From positions 1 to 37,014 of the IMG/VR virus record IMGVR_UViG_3300033183_000049: a stretch of 37,014 nt of DNA. One strand, written 5' to 3'. How positions within the stretch are numbered: the stretch's first letter is position 1; each line of letters opens with the position of its first letter. Below the pieces are notes generated by a model that was not told the DNA's origin, searched no databases, and was given only the letters and a program-made list of their open reading frames with translations. Made by a program: the position numbers and the translations under genes. Origin of the DNA: a virus. Below, one piece after another: positions 17,456 through 25,182 of the stretch.

Positions 17456-17816
17456 TTTTCCTTGCCTCTCGTTCTTTTTTTGTCTTGGCTTTATGACAAT
17501 CTTTACACAACACTTGAAGATTATCTGTCTCGCAAAACAAATTAGCTACAAAGCTAGGTAGGTCTTCATACTTCTTCAATGACCCTGCAGGATGTATGTG
17601 GTCAACCTGAACTTCTGTATCCCTGTAAGTGCAATTACACGACGCACAAATATACTCATATCTATGTCGCTTACCCTCTACAACAATCCTAGCTTCAAGT
17701 TTAGCGTCAAACTTTGGTGGGTATTTGTTGAACGCTGCTCGTAAAGCAGAGCGAATGAACGAGAAGTATTTTGATTCTGTCCAACGCTCTCCTGCTCTTT
17801 GCTTAACACCTCTCAT
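17448..17816 (-). CDS. HNH endonuclease (122 aa)
   Basis: CASCNC...VQVDHIHP...NLQVLCKDCHKAKT is a clear HNH/beta-beta-alpha-metal motif with flanking Cys pairs. Confidence 0.85.
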   Translation of the reverse strand: MRGVKQRAGERWTESKYFSFIRSALRAAFNKYPPKFDAKLEARIVVEGKRHRYEYICASCNCTYRDTEVQVDHIHPAGSLKKYEDLPSFVANLFCETDNLQVLCKDCHKAKTKKEREARKNE

Positions 17817-18499
17817 TTATTTCTTTCCATCGGAGGATACCACCAGTCATCTTTACTACGTAGCATATAAAGTAACCTGGCATTCTCCGTCATCTCTTCT
17901 ACATTACCATCATAGGCTTTGAGAACTGCATCGTACATCTCCTGCTCTGTTTTACAATCAGCTAGAATCTTGTCTGCTTTCTTCTCTCCAATGCCTTTGA
18001 CACCTCGTATGTTATCTACCCTGTCTCCTGTTAACATCTGATGATATAAGTTGTATAGTCCTGTAAACTTGTCAATAATTACCATCTTGTCTTTAGCGAA
18101 GTTATAGTGCTTACCTTCAACTTGTAACAAGTCTTTGTCAATAGACACGACCACACAGCCTAGCCCTAGTTCCGTAGCCTTAATAGCCAAAGCATCGTCA
18201 GCTTCCATACCTTCTATGACAATAGCGTCCCACTGGTTCACTAAGTAGTCGCGAAGGGCTTGGTAATGTTTTGGCTTTTCTTTCTTACGTGTGCCTTTGT
18301 AAGGTTGGATAGTGGCTAGTTCTTTGCGGAAGTTACCACCACCAGTAAGGTAGAGCTGATAAGGGTCAGCATCGCTGCCAACCCCTATCATTATTTCAGC
18401 GAGAAGGTTGTCCATGTTTTGATAAGCATATTCAACAGAGTCTTCTTCGCATCCGAAGGCTATACGGTAGACCAGAATGTCTGCATCTACCAGAATCAT
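17813..18499 (-). CDS. 5'-3' exonuclease / flap endonuclease (FEN, RNase H-like) (228 aa)
   Basis: N-terminal acidic PIN-like motif (ILVDADILVYR), central EADD, and an H3TH motif (GDRVDNIRGVKGIGEKKADKIL). Confidence 0.85.
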   Translation of the reverse strand: MILVDADILVYRIAFGCEEDSVEYAYQNMDNLLAEIMIGVGSDADPYQLYLTGGGNFRKELATIQPYKGTRKKEKPKHYQALRDYLVNQWDAIVIEGMEADDALAIKATELGLGCVVVSIDKDLLQVEGKHYNFAKDKMVIIDKFTGLYNLYHQMLTGDRVDNIRGVKGIGEKKADKILADCKTEQEMYDAVLKAYDGNVEEMTENARLLYMLRSKDDWWYPPMERNK

Positions 18500-18913
18500 T
18501 TACAATACCTCGTCGTCGATTAATACTTCACTGTCTTCTTCAGTACCGTAGATAGCAAGGTCTGTAATACGCATCTTCTTAATAGATGCTGAGCGACCTT
18601 TCTTACCACGAAACTCCCAGTCATAGTAGCCAATAGCTACGTTAGCTTTAGTTCCGTTGCCAATCATAGAGCTATCTACTGCATCGGTATTAGTAAATTC
18701 AGGTTCAATTGGGAAATTAGATTTCACAGTTATGAAATCAGCACGGTCATCGCCTTTGTTGTTTACGCTTAAGCCTAACATCTCAAGGGCATTGACAGCT
18801 TTCTCAGACAGATTACCTAAATCAACTTGATACTTTCCTGACATCTCGTTCTTACGTGCCAAGTTAGCCCAGTATACAGTTGCAGCTACAGGTACAATGT
18901 TTGCATTTGCCAT
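18500..18913 (-). CDS. ssDNA-binding protein, T7 gp2.5-like (137 aa)
   Basis: It sits between the polymerase and the exonuclease and has its own consensus promoter. It has an acidic C-terminal tail (EEDSEVLIDDEVL), the hallmark of gp2.5-type SSBs. The body resembles DUF2815 from memory. Confidence 0.6.
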   Translation of the reverse strand: MANANIVPVAATVYWANLARKNEMSGKYQVDLGNLSEKAVNALEMLGLSVNNKGDDRADFITVKSNFPIEPEFTNTDAVDSSMIGNGTKANVAIGYYDWEFRGKKGRSASIKKMRITDLAIYGTEEDSEVLIDDEVL

Positions 18914-18945
18914 AATGTTTTCCTCTTTGGTTACATTGTATAAAT

Positions 18946-18974
18946 ATTATACTCTTATTTAAGGAGTATGTCAA
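18946..18974 (-). promoter_or_regulatory. Consensus sigma70-type promoter (TTGACA-17 nt-TATAAT) on the minus strand
   Basis: Plus-strand tgtcaa at 18969-18974 and attata at 18946-18951, with a 17-nt spacer. It lies in the 74-nt gap between the polymerase stop and the SSB start. Confidence 0.75.
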
Positions 18975-18987
18975 GGGTTAAATTAAA

Positions 18988-20628
18988 TTAATGGGTGTCT
19001 GCCCATGACGTTCCAATTTTAAACTCACCGTCTTGTGGACAGCGCATATTAAAATGTAAACCCGCGTCAATAATGGATTGTTTAGCTATTAATCCAACAG
19101 CCTTACCAAACCGTGCAGGTGTTTCAAATTGAAACTCATCATGAACTTGTGCGACAAGTTTAAATGGGATGTCGTTTTGTGTCAAGCGTGTATGCGCGAG
19201 CACGACGGCCTTCTTCATAACAATAGCACCGCAGCTTTGTAGCAATCGGTTGAGTGACTTATAATCCTCGTCAACCCACACACGTCTGCCATCAAGACCA
19301 GGTACTGATTTGTTATTCTCTGCAATCCTTTTGACTTTGTCAATCAGTTGCTTTAATGCGGGGGTCTTACGTAGGAATGTATCGCGTATACGCTTACCAT
19401 CTTTCGCACTACCATCCACAATAGTTCCAAGTTTAGCATCACCTGCACCATAGATAAGACCGTATATCATTGTCTTAGCCATGTTACGTTCTGGTAATCC
19501 TGCTGCTTGTTGGTTGTAGGTGTGAATGTCACCATCTAATATCTGCTCCGTATACTTATCGTCTTGCATATAATGTGCTAAGCAACGTAGCTCAAGCCCA
19601 CTGGCGTCACAGCCTACTAACACGTTACCCTCGTCAACGGTAAAGCATTCACGTGCTGTCTTTAACGATGGTATTTGTGCTAGGTTAGGTGAGCTATGTG
19701 TCATTCGTCCTGTGATAGCACCGCACGTATTGACTCGACCGTGTATGCGATGGGTAGTAGCGTCGCAAGAATCAATCCAAGAAGTAACCATTCCGTTGAG
19801 CTTAACAAGTTGTAGATACTCAGAGCAGAGCTGTGCTTCTTCCTTGTTAATTGAAGCCAACGTGTCTTCATTGATGACAGGCGTACCGGTCGGTGTAAAT
19901 TTATTAAACTTGACACCAAGGCTCGAAAGTCTCTTAGCAATCTGCTGCCTACTCCCAACATTGAAAACTTCAACATCATCCTTCAACCTCTTACCTGTCT
20001 TCTCGCTCCACCGTTCTGTGACAATAGGTGGGAAGCGTTGTTGTAAATCATCTTCAATAGCTTGCATACGATTAGTCATGTCTGTTTGCCATTGTACAGC
20101 TAACGGAAAGTCAAGTTTGAATCCATTGATTTCTTGCTGCTTAGTTATACGGGCAACATCATGCTCCAGTTGTATAGATTCCTGGCTAAACTTCATCTTG
20201 TCTGCTTGGTTAATCAAATGATGGTATAGCTTAGCATTAACCATAACGTCACGTTTACAATATGTACCCATCTCTTCAGTGTATCCACCGTCGAAGTCTT
20301 CAACTTCAAAGTCCATCTTGGGATAACCAAGCCTAATACCCCAGGCTTTAAGTGAATGCCCACCATCACGCATAGGGGCAAGCAAACGAGACAACGTCAA
20401 CGTGTCGAACTGTCTATGCTCAGGTATGCGAATACCCCACACACGTTCCAACACAGGGAAGTCGAAACCTATTCCGTTATGTGCCACTACAACACCATCG
20501 TCGAGGTCTAAGAGACGCTGAAGCTCATCTGCGTCAAACACCTCTACAACAGGAATGTCGTTAACTTTAACACATACAACCCATATCGTGTCATGCGCTA
20601 AGTTGGTTTCAATATCTAATACAATCAC
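18988..20628 (-). CDS. Family A DNA polymerase with 3'-5' exonuclease domain
   Basis: Exo I (VLDIETN), motif A (DASGLELR), motif B (RNMAKTMIYGLIYGAG) and motif C (QVHDEF). The ORF-track start at 20634 is TTG; GTG 20628 has AGAGGA 6 nt upstream, so the start is uncertain by 2 codons. Confidence 0.9.
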   Translation of the reverse strand: MIVLDIETNLAHDTIWVVCVKVNDIPVVEVFDADELQRLLDLDDGVVVAHNGIGFDFPVLERVWGIRIPEHRQFDTLTLSRLLAPMRDGGHSLKAWGIRLGYPKMDFEVEDFDGGYTEEMGTYCKRDVMVNAKLYHHLINQADKMKFSQESIQLEHDVARITKQQEINGFKLDFPLAVQWQTDMTNRMQAIEDDLQQRFPPIVTERWSEKTGKRLKDDVEVFNVGSRQQIAKRLSSLGVKFNKFTPTGTPVINEDTLASINKEEAQLCSEYLQLVKLNGMVTSWIDSCDATTHRIHGRVNTCGAITGRMTHSSPNLAQIPSLKTARECFTVDEGNVLVGCDASGLELRCLAHYMQDDKYTEQILDGDIHTYNQQAAGLPERNMAKTMIYGLIYGAGDAKLGTIVDGSAKDGKRIRDTFLRKTPALKQLIDKVKRIAENNKSVPGLDGRRVWVDEDYKSLNRLLQSCGAIVMKKAVVLAHTRLTQNDIPFKLVAQVHDEFQFETPARFGKAVGLIAKQSIIDAGLHFNMRCPQDGEFKIGTSWADTH

Positions 20629-20822
20629 GACCAATCCTCTTCCGTACTCGGGTCAACACAGTCTAATACATCTGTATAATCTGTGTCAATCTCATCATCT
20701 AAGCAGTCGAACGAGTGTCGATAGCACGTTGTACACAAGTCTGCAAAATGATTTGTTTCGGGAGTACGGAAACGCAGCTCCGCATCGCTTAATATCTTGT
20801 CACAAGCTACACACCTACTCAT
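20625..20822 (-). CDS. Small Cys4 zinc-finger protein with acidic tail (65 aa)
   Basis: ATG start with an ATGA overlap to the primase-helicase stop. CVAC...CTTC motif. Confidence 0.55.
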   Translation of the reverse strand: MSRCVACDKILSDAELRFRTPETNHFADLCTTCYRHSFDCLDDEIDTDYTDVLDCVDPSTEEDWS

Positions 20823-22408
20823 AGAAACTCCTCGTCAACATCATGTAGTTCCTTAAGCCTACCAGTTTCAAGGTCAAAAAGCAAGTGGGTTGCTAATCCT
20901 GTTTCACCACTAAATCTATTCTTCAAGACCCTAACTTTCAATGTGTTTCTAGCTATGTCGTCAATAGCCTGGCCGTTACGTTCAAAGCCAAACACCATAT
21001 CACTTAGCTGTGCAATCGAAGCACTGCCGCGTAGGTCTGCTAAACTAGTTGACTTACCTTCTTCATGTCCTTGTCCCTGCGGTCGTCTTAGATGCGACAC
21101 TAAGAAGAGTGTCACGCCTGTTTCTTGTGTCAACATACGCAAACGTGTCATAACTTCGTCGATTGCCTTACGTTCGTCGTTGTTCTCCTGCGAAGATACA
21201 ATGATAGACAAGTGGTCAAGGAATATATAACGACAGTCATGTGCCTTAGCTAAGTAACGTACCTGAGCCACAATATTCTCTACACTGGTCGAGCCGAAGT
21301 GGTCATAGAAGAAAAGCCTGTCTGTCCCCATGATAACATCGAAGGCATCACGACGTTCTTCTTCTGTTGATTGTATGTTAGGTAAGTGTAGGCGTTTGTT
21401 CAGGTGCAAAGACATGAGAGACTGTGCAGTCTTCTTCATAGCTTCTTCTAAGAAGATTAAGCCTATGTTGTATTGCGTATTTAAAATTAAATCATATACA
21501 AGTTCACGCATTACAGCAGACTTACCGACACCACTACCTGCAGTCAATGTCACCAGTTCAGTGGGTCGTATCCCGTGTGCAATTGCGTTTAAACCAGACC
21601 AAGGATAATACGCTGTCGGCTGCGCGTCAGGCTCGTTAACTAACGACCACAATGAACGACCTGCAACGATACCGTCAGGAGTAAATAGCTCAGCTTGCCA
21701 AAAAGATTCGGTAAATTCCTTGACACGTCCATGCTCTAGCAATTCGTTAGCATCTTTGAAGCCGTGGGGCATTTTCATTATACGTGCCTTACCTGCAAAC
21801 AACGCAGCCACTTCCTTGGCAGCCTGTTGCCCTGCTTCGTCAGCATCGAAGCACACCACCACCTTTTCAAACGAGTCGAGCCATTCGTAATTACGTTTAC
21901 AATCTTTTAGCGCAGCCCTTGCACCATTCTTAACAGACACGACAGGGTATTTACTACCAAACATTTGATACGCTGCGGCAGCATCAAACTCACCTTCAGT
22001 TATCGTGACCGTTAAACCCCCACGATTAAACAAGTGTTGTCCGAATAACGTAGCATCTGACCATAGTCCCTCTGTGTACTGATTCTCTTTACTACCTGCT
22101 CGAACCTTCCTGGCTGTTATCATGCCTTCGCTGTCACGGTATTCAAAAATTGTTCTATCACCGTTTAAACGTATACCATAACGTTCACACGTCTGCTTAG
22201 TTAACGACCTGGTCATTCGGTGGTCACCTTCACCAATGACAAACTCGACCACATTATCAAGGTTAATATCTGCTACCACTGTTTGACCTCCATCACTCCA
22301 CCGTTGTTCACAACTAAAACACGTCCACCAACCATCTTGATTCATCGACGCAGCGTCACTTGACCCACATTTAGGACAAGGTTTATGACGTAAAGCCCAA
22401 TCACTCAT
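20819..22408 (-). CDS. Bifunctional primase-helicase (T7 gp4-like) (529 aa)
   Basis: N-terminal zinc finger (CPKCGSSD...CFSCEQ), a TOPRIM-like acidic region (EGEFDAAA...CFDADEAG), and a DnaB-type Walker A (GSGVGKS) and Walker B (IFLDHL). Confidence 0.9.
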   Translation of the reverse strand: MSDWALRHKPCPKCGSSDAASMNQDGWWTCFSCEQRWSDGGQTVVADINLDNVVEFVIGEGDHRMTRSLTKQTCERYGIRLNGDRTIFEYRDSEGMITARKVRAGSKENQYTEGLWSDATLFGQHLFNRGGLTVTITEGEFDAAAAYQMFGSKYPVVSVKNGARAALKDCKRNYEWLDSFEKVVVCFDADEAGQQAAKEVAALFAGKARIMKMPHGFKDANELLEHGRVKEFTESFWQAELFTPDGIVAGRSLWSLVNEPDAQPTAYYPWSGLNAIAHGIRPTELVTLTAGSGVGKSAVMRELVYDLILNTQYNIGLIFLEEAMKKTAQSLMSLHLNKRLHLPNIQSTEEERRDAFDVIMGTDRLFFYDHFGSTSVENIVAQVRYLAKAHDCRYIFLDHLSIIVSSQENNDERKAIDEVMTRLRMLTQETGVTLFLVSHLRRPQGQGHEEGKSTSLADLRGSASIAQLSDMVFGFERNGQAIDDIARNTLKVRVLKNRFSGETGLATHLLFDLETGRLKELHDVDEEFL

Positions 22409-22429
22409 ACATAAACACCTCTATATAAA

Positions 22430-22481
22430 TACATAGAGTATATAAAATATAATTATTAATAATATTAATAAACTCTATGTA
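22430..22481. repeat. 10-bp inverted repeat enclosing a 32-nt stretch with no G or C
   Basis: tacatagagt (22430-39) is complementary to actctatgta (22472-81). The loop 22440-22471 is entirely A/T. Confidence 0.85.
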
Positions 22482-22488
22482 TACAAAG

Positions 22489-22504
22489 TTAACTATATAG
22501 TTAA
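22489..22504. promoter_or_regulatory. Perfect 16-bp palindrome TTAACTATATAGTTAA (operator-like)
   Basis: The sequence is self-complementary. It abuts the -10 element of the minus-strand promoter at 22504-22532, so it covers the predicted transcription start. Confidence 0.6.
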
Positions 22505-22532
22505 TTCTATCATAAAAATTCCGTCATGTAAA
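22504..22532 (-). promoter_or_regulatory. Sigma70-type promoter (TTTACA-17 nt-TAGAAT) upstream of the primase-helicase gene
   Basis: Plus-strand tgtaaa at 22527-32 and attcta at 22504-09, with a 17-nt spacer. It lies in the 126-nt AT-rich gap. Confidence 0.55.
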
Positions 22533-22534
22533 CA

Positions 22535-22747
22535 CTAACGACAAAATAATTTATCATATTCTTTCCGTATTGCTTCCGTCGTGAGCATATCATACTCTTT
22601 TTCGATGTTGTCGTGTAACAGCGTCAGAAGCTCTCTGAGCGACGTTGACTCAACCCTATACTCACATAGCTGTTTTATCATTAAACGTCTTATACGGGCT
22701 TCTGAGGGCTGCTCAGCATCATTTAAATAATAATCTTTGATTTTCAT
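22535..22747 (-). CDS. Hypothetical protein (70 aa)
   Basis: ATG start with a TAATG overlap to the upstream gene. No motif recognised. Confidence 0.55.
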   Translation of the reverse strand: MKIKDYYLNDAEQPSEARIRRLMIKQLCEYRVESTSLRELLTLLHDNIEKEYDMLTTEAIRKEYDKLFCR

Positions 22748-23442
22748 TATGAATTAGCCTCATAAACAGCTAACGCAAATCCCCTCGGTGTCGCGCTGCG
22801 TATATTTTTTGTTTTTAACGATTTACCACCGAGCTTGCTAAATTGTTTGCTTTTACCAAATGATTCACACTCGACAGGGTCTAACCTGGGTTGTTCAAAA
22901 TCAGAGCTACACCATATACCCGTCTTTTTGCTGTAAGCGTCACGCGGGGCAATGTAATCAGGCCAAATAGGATGTTCAGCCTCTGCCTCTGGAATGTACC
23001 CACCATATTCAAACGGATGAAAATAAAAGTTAGGTTTACGCCATAGCGTAGACAGCCTACCTACTGGATTCTCAATCATGTAAGGTGCTTCTATCTCATC
23101 TGCGAAATCAGCAATACGCATAGCGTGCTGTGCAGCTTCATGCTGAAAGTGTTTGTTTTGTTCTAACTTCTTAGCCCAATGCACTGCACCGCTGACTGCC
23201 AAGTCTGTGCAGACGGGAAAACCCATAACCAAGACAACGTCCTCATCTTTAAACTCATCAACAAGGCGTGTCCACGTATCATCAGAATGTAAGTCAGCGT
23301 TAACGTAAACGATCCAACCGTCGCCATGCTCAATAGGCAGCTCGCCCTCATGCTGAATGTCAAAGCAATAACAAACATACCCCTGTTCAGCCCACGGTTT
23401 AACCGCTTCTCCTGTATAATCATAGAATGATAAAATAACCAT
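22747..23442 (-). CDS. Divergent C5-cytosine-methyltransferase-like protein (231 aa)
   Basis: The ORF-track start at 23466 is GTG. ATG 23442 (TAATG overlap, GAGGTG upstream) gives MVILSFYDYTGE. Motif-like strings: I (SFYDYTGE), II (CFDI), IV (GFPVCTDLAVSG), VI (ENPVG), X-like (RSATPRGFA). All deviate from the canonical motifs. Confidence 0.5.
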   Translation of the reverse strand: MVILSFYDYTGEAVKPWAEQGYVCYCFDIQHEGELPIEHGDGWIVYVNADLHSDDTWTRLVDEFKDEDVVLVMGFPVCTDLAVSGAVHWAKKLEQNKHFQHEAAQHAMRIADFADEIEAPYMIENPVGRLSTLWRKPNFYFHPFEYGGYIPEAEAEHPIWPDYIAPRDAYSKKTGIWCSSDFEQPRLDPVECESFGKSKQFSKLGGKSLKTKNIRSATPRGFALAVYEANS

Positions 23443-23639
23443 TATACCCACCTCGCTATTAACCACTTGTTATAAACAACATCATCACCACACCGATGAT
23501 GAAACCGTTTAGCCTTGGCAGCGTTAGCACGACTCATCAACGATTTTGTTTTACATTTTATACATTGCACTTCAACATATTTCCTGTTTTTCTTTCCGTC
23601 GTGTTTCATCACTTCACGTAATACATTAAACGTTTTCAT
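23442..23639 (-). CDS. Hypothetical basic protein (65 aa)
   Basis: ATG start. CIKC...H.RC motif. No family recognised. Confidence 0.5.
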   Translation of the reverse strand: MKTFNVLREVMKHDGKKNRKYVEVQCIKCKTKSLMSRANAAKAKRFHHRCGDDVVYNKWLIARWV

Positions 23640-23704
23640 ATCACAACCACCATAAACGAATAAAATAAACCCAAACCAATATAATAAAAACCCATTCCAA
23701 ACCT

Positions 23705-23866
23705 TTAATATACATTCTCAACCTCTCTTATCGTTGCTTTTACACGACCATCATTAAACTGCTTCTTATACTCCCGCAGAAAATCTTCAGCGTCGAGCCA
23801 CGACGCGAAGCGTACAACGTCGGTCTTTTTCTGCGTCTCTATGTTTTCAATTGTTAGAATATACAT
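23705..23866 (-). CDS. Small hypothetical protein (53 aa), not in the ORF track
   Basis: Hand translation gives MYILTIENIETQKKTDVVRFASWLDAEDFLREYKKQFNDGRVKATIREVENVY. ATG 23866 overlaps the upstream stop (TAATG). Confidence 0.5.
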   Translation of the reverse strand: MYILTIENIETQKKTDVVRFASWLDAEDFLREYKKQFNDGRVKATIREVENVY

Positions 23867-24114
23867 TACATTCTTTTCCCTTTCATAACATCATAATCAT
23901 AAACAGACTGCAGCACGTCACGCCATGCCCAGGCGTTACCACTGGCGAGGCCGTCGGCTATGTCGTCCACTAAATCACCCTCATTAATCCGATGACAAAC
24001 AATAAAAACAACGTCACTATCTTTTATATCGTCTATTAATTTATAACCTGCGTAATCGTCAAGGTCACCATCTAAAACAGCATTTACAATATCTCTATAA
24101 TCACTATAACTCAT
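23866..24114 (-). CDS. Hypothetical acidic protein (82 aa)
   Basis: The ORF-track start at 24168 is a GTG lying inside a terminator-like hairpin. ATG 24114 (MSYSDYRD...) with GAGGGT upstream is the more plausible start. Confidence 0.55.
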   Translation of the reverse strand: MSYSDYRDIVNAVLDGDLDDYAGYKLIDDIKDSDVVFIVCHRINEGDLVDDIADGLASGNAWAWRDVLQSVYDYDVMKGKRM

Positions 24115-24145
24115 AACTACTCTACCCTCGTTGTCTAATTGAACC

Positions 24146-24177
24146 ACAAAAAGCCCCTGGAGTGTCACACAAAGGCT
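24146..24177 (-). terminator. Possible intrinsic terminator after the gp88-like gene
   Basis: The minus-strand RNA AGCCUUUG...CAGGGGCU forms 8 bp (2 G.U) with a 10-nt loop, followed by UUUUU (plus-strand A-run 24148-24152). Confidence 0.4.
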
Positions 24178-24190
24178 TTTAATTGTTGCG

Positions 24191-24889
24191 TTATGCCATA
24201 GCTATCAAATCATCACTGTTAACAACAAATCCTGTTGTGTCATGTTTAGCCTGGCCTTTGGCCTTCAACGCTACCACAACACGACCGGCGTTAACATTTA
24301 CCCAATCGCTTACATCCCCGTCGATAACTGGGCGGTTTAAGAATGTTTTAGGAAACTTACCACTAAACACGACCGCAATCGGTGCATTACTAGGCGCTGC
24401 AATGTCGACTTGCTTAGCGTATTGTTTACGCGCACTATAACTAAACATTAAGTGATAGTTTGCCGGTAATTCCTTGCTAAGTCTGTTGGCGCGTTTGGTG
24501 TAATCATAAAATTGCAGCGTAGGAAATTCTTGCGGTATGTTGTAGTCTTCCCATGCTATGTCGCTTAATACATTTAAACGCACTATACCTTGTTTGTTAT
24601 GTTTGCTGCAATACTTCGCCAGTGTTGCTAATTCTTTCTTTAGTTGAACTATGAAACCATCCCTATCATTAACCCAGTAATCTGTTTTAGCTTGCCTAGC
24701 TTTATTAACACTAGTGTATACAGATGCTAAACCTGCAGACTTTAAACAAGCTTCGAAGCATCCTGCAGCCTTACTAGCGGGGCATAATTCATTTGTTGGC
24801 ATTAACGACAATTGAGCAAATACACTGTTGTCTGTTGCTTTCATTGTCTTATCTACTTTAGTGTTACCATTTCTAGCTAATAGTTTCAT
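24191..24889 (-). CDS. GP88-family-like phage protein (232 aa)
   Basis: N-terminal NGNTKVDK...LMP...CPAS..AGC...CLKSAG and C-terminal VVALKAKGQAKHDTTGFVV resemble the mycobacteriophage Gp88 domain pattern as I remember it. Function unknown. Confidence 0.55.
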   Translation of the reverse strand: MKLLARNGNTKVDKTMKATDNSVFAQLSLMPTNELCPASKAAGCFEACLKSAGLASVYTSVNKARQAKTDYWVNDRDGFIVQLKKELATLAKYCSKHNKQGIVRLNVLSDIAWEDYNIPQEFPTLQFYDYTKRANRLSKELPANYHLMFSYSARKQYAKQVDIAAPSNAPIAVVFSGKFPKTFLNRPVIDGDVSDWVNVNAGRVVVALKAKGQAKHDTTGFVVNSDDLIAMA

Positions 24890-24900
24890 AATCTAAACCC

Positions 24901-24996
24901 CTATAAAGTTAACATATTTACAATTGTGTCAGCTAATGCCCATAGTGTAAACACCGCCAGGCATAACATAATATTTTGTTTGTCTTGTTTGCTCAT
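24901..24996 (-). CDS. Possible 31-aa hydrophobic peptide, first early ORF, not in the ORF track
   Basis: Hand translation gives MSKQDKQNIMLCLAVFTLWALADTIVNMLTL. GGAGATAGG lies just upstream of ATG 24996, and the stop TAG is 11 nt before the next ATG. Confidence 0.4.
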   Translation of the reverse strand: MSKQDKQNIMLCLAVFTLWALADTIVNMLTL

Positions 24997-25040
24997 CGTC
25001 CTATCTCCTACTTAATGTGTTGTTTGCTTCGATGTTTCAC

Positions 25041-25069
25041 ACTGTATACATGGCGATATTAAATGTCAA
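25041..25069 (-). promoter_or_regulatory. Candidate early promoter (TTGACA-17 nt-TACAGT) with upstream A/T tandem repeat
   Basis: Plus-strand tgtcaa at 25064-69 and actgta at 25041-46. Immediately upstream (in the minus sense) the unit aattattttc is repeated twice (25070-25089), which looks UP-element-like. Confidence 0.5.
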
Positions 25070-25182
25070 CAATTATTTTCAATTATTTTCAAATTAATTT
25101 ATGAATTCCTTTAAAGTCAATAACTTAGCTATGTAATTATTTTGTATTGATTGGCAATATAATACAATACAGTTGTTATTGT

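Noticed and set aside
22409-22534. Reading the 10-bp inverted repeat with its AT loop as an intrinsic terminator
   Set aside because: A 32-nt loop and an AT-rich stem make a poor terminator. It also lies downstream of a promoter and immediately before the primase-helicase SD, so an origin or regulatory role is more likely.
12566-24996. Lysogeny or integration functions (integrase, repressor, excisionase) in the early arm
   Set aside because: No ORF shows tyrosine or serine recombinase motifs or a CI/Cro-like HTH that I could recognise. The small unknown proteins cannot be excluded as regulators.
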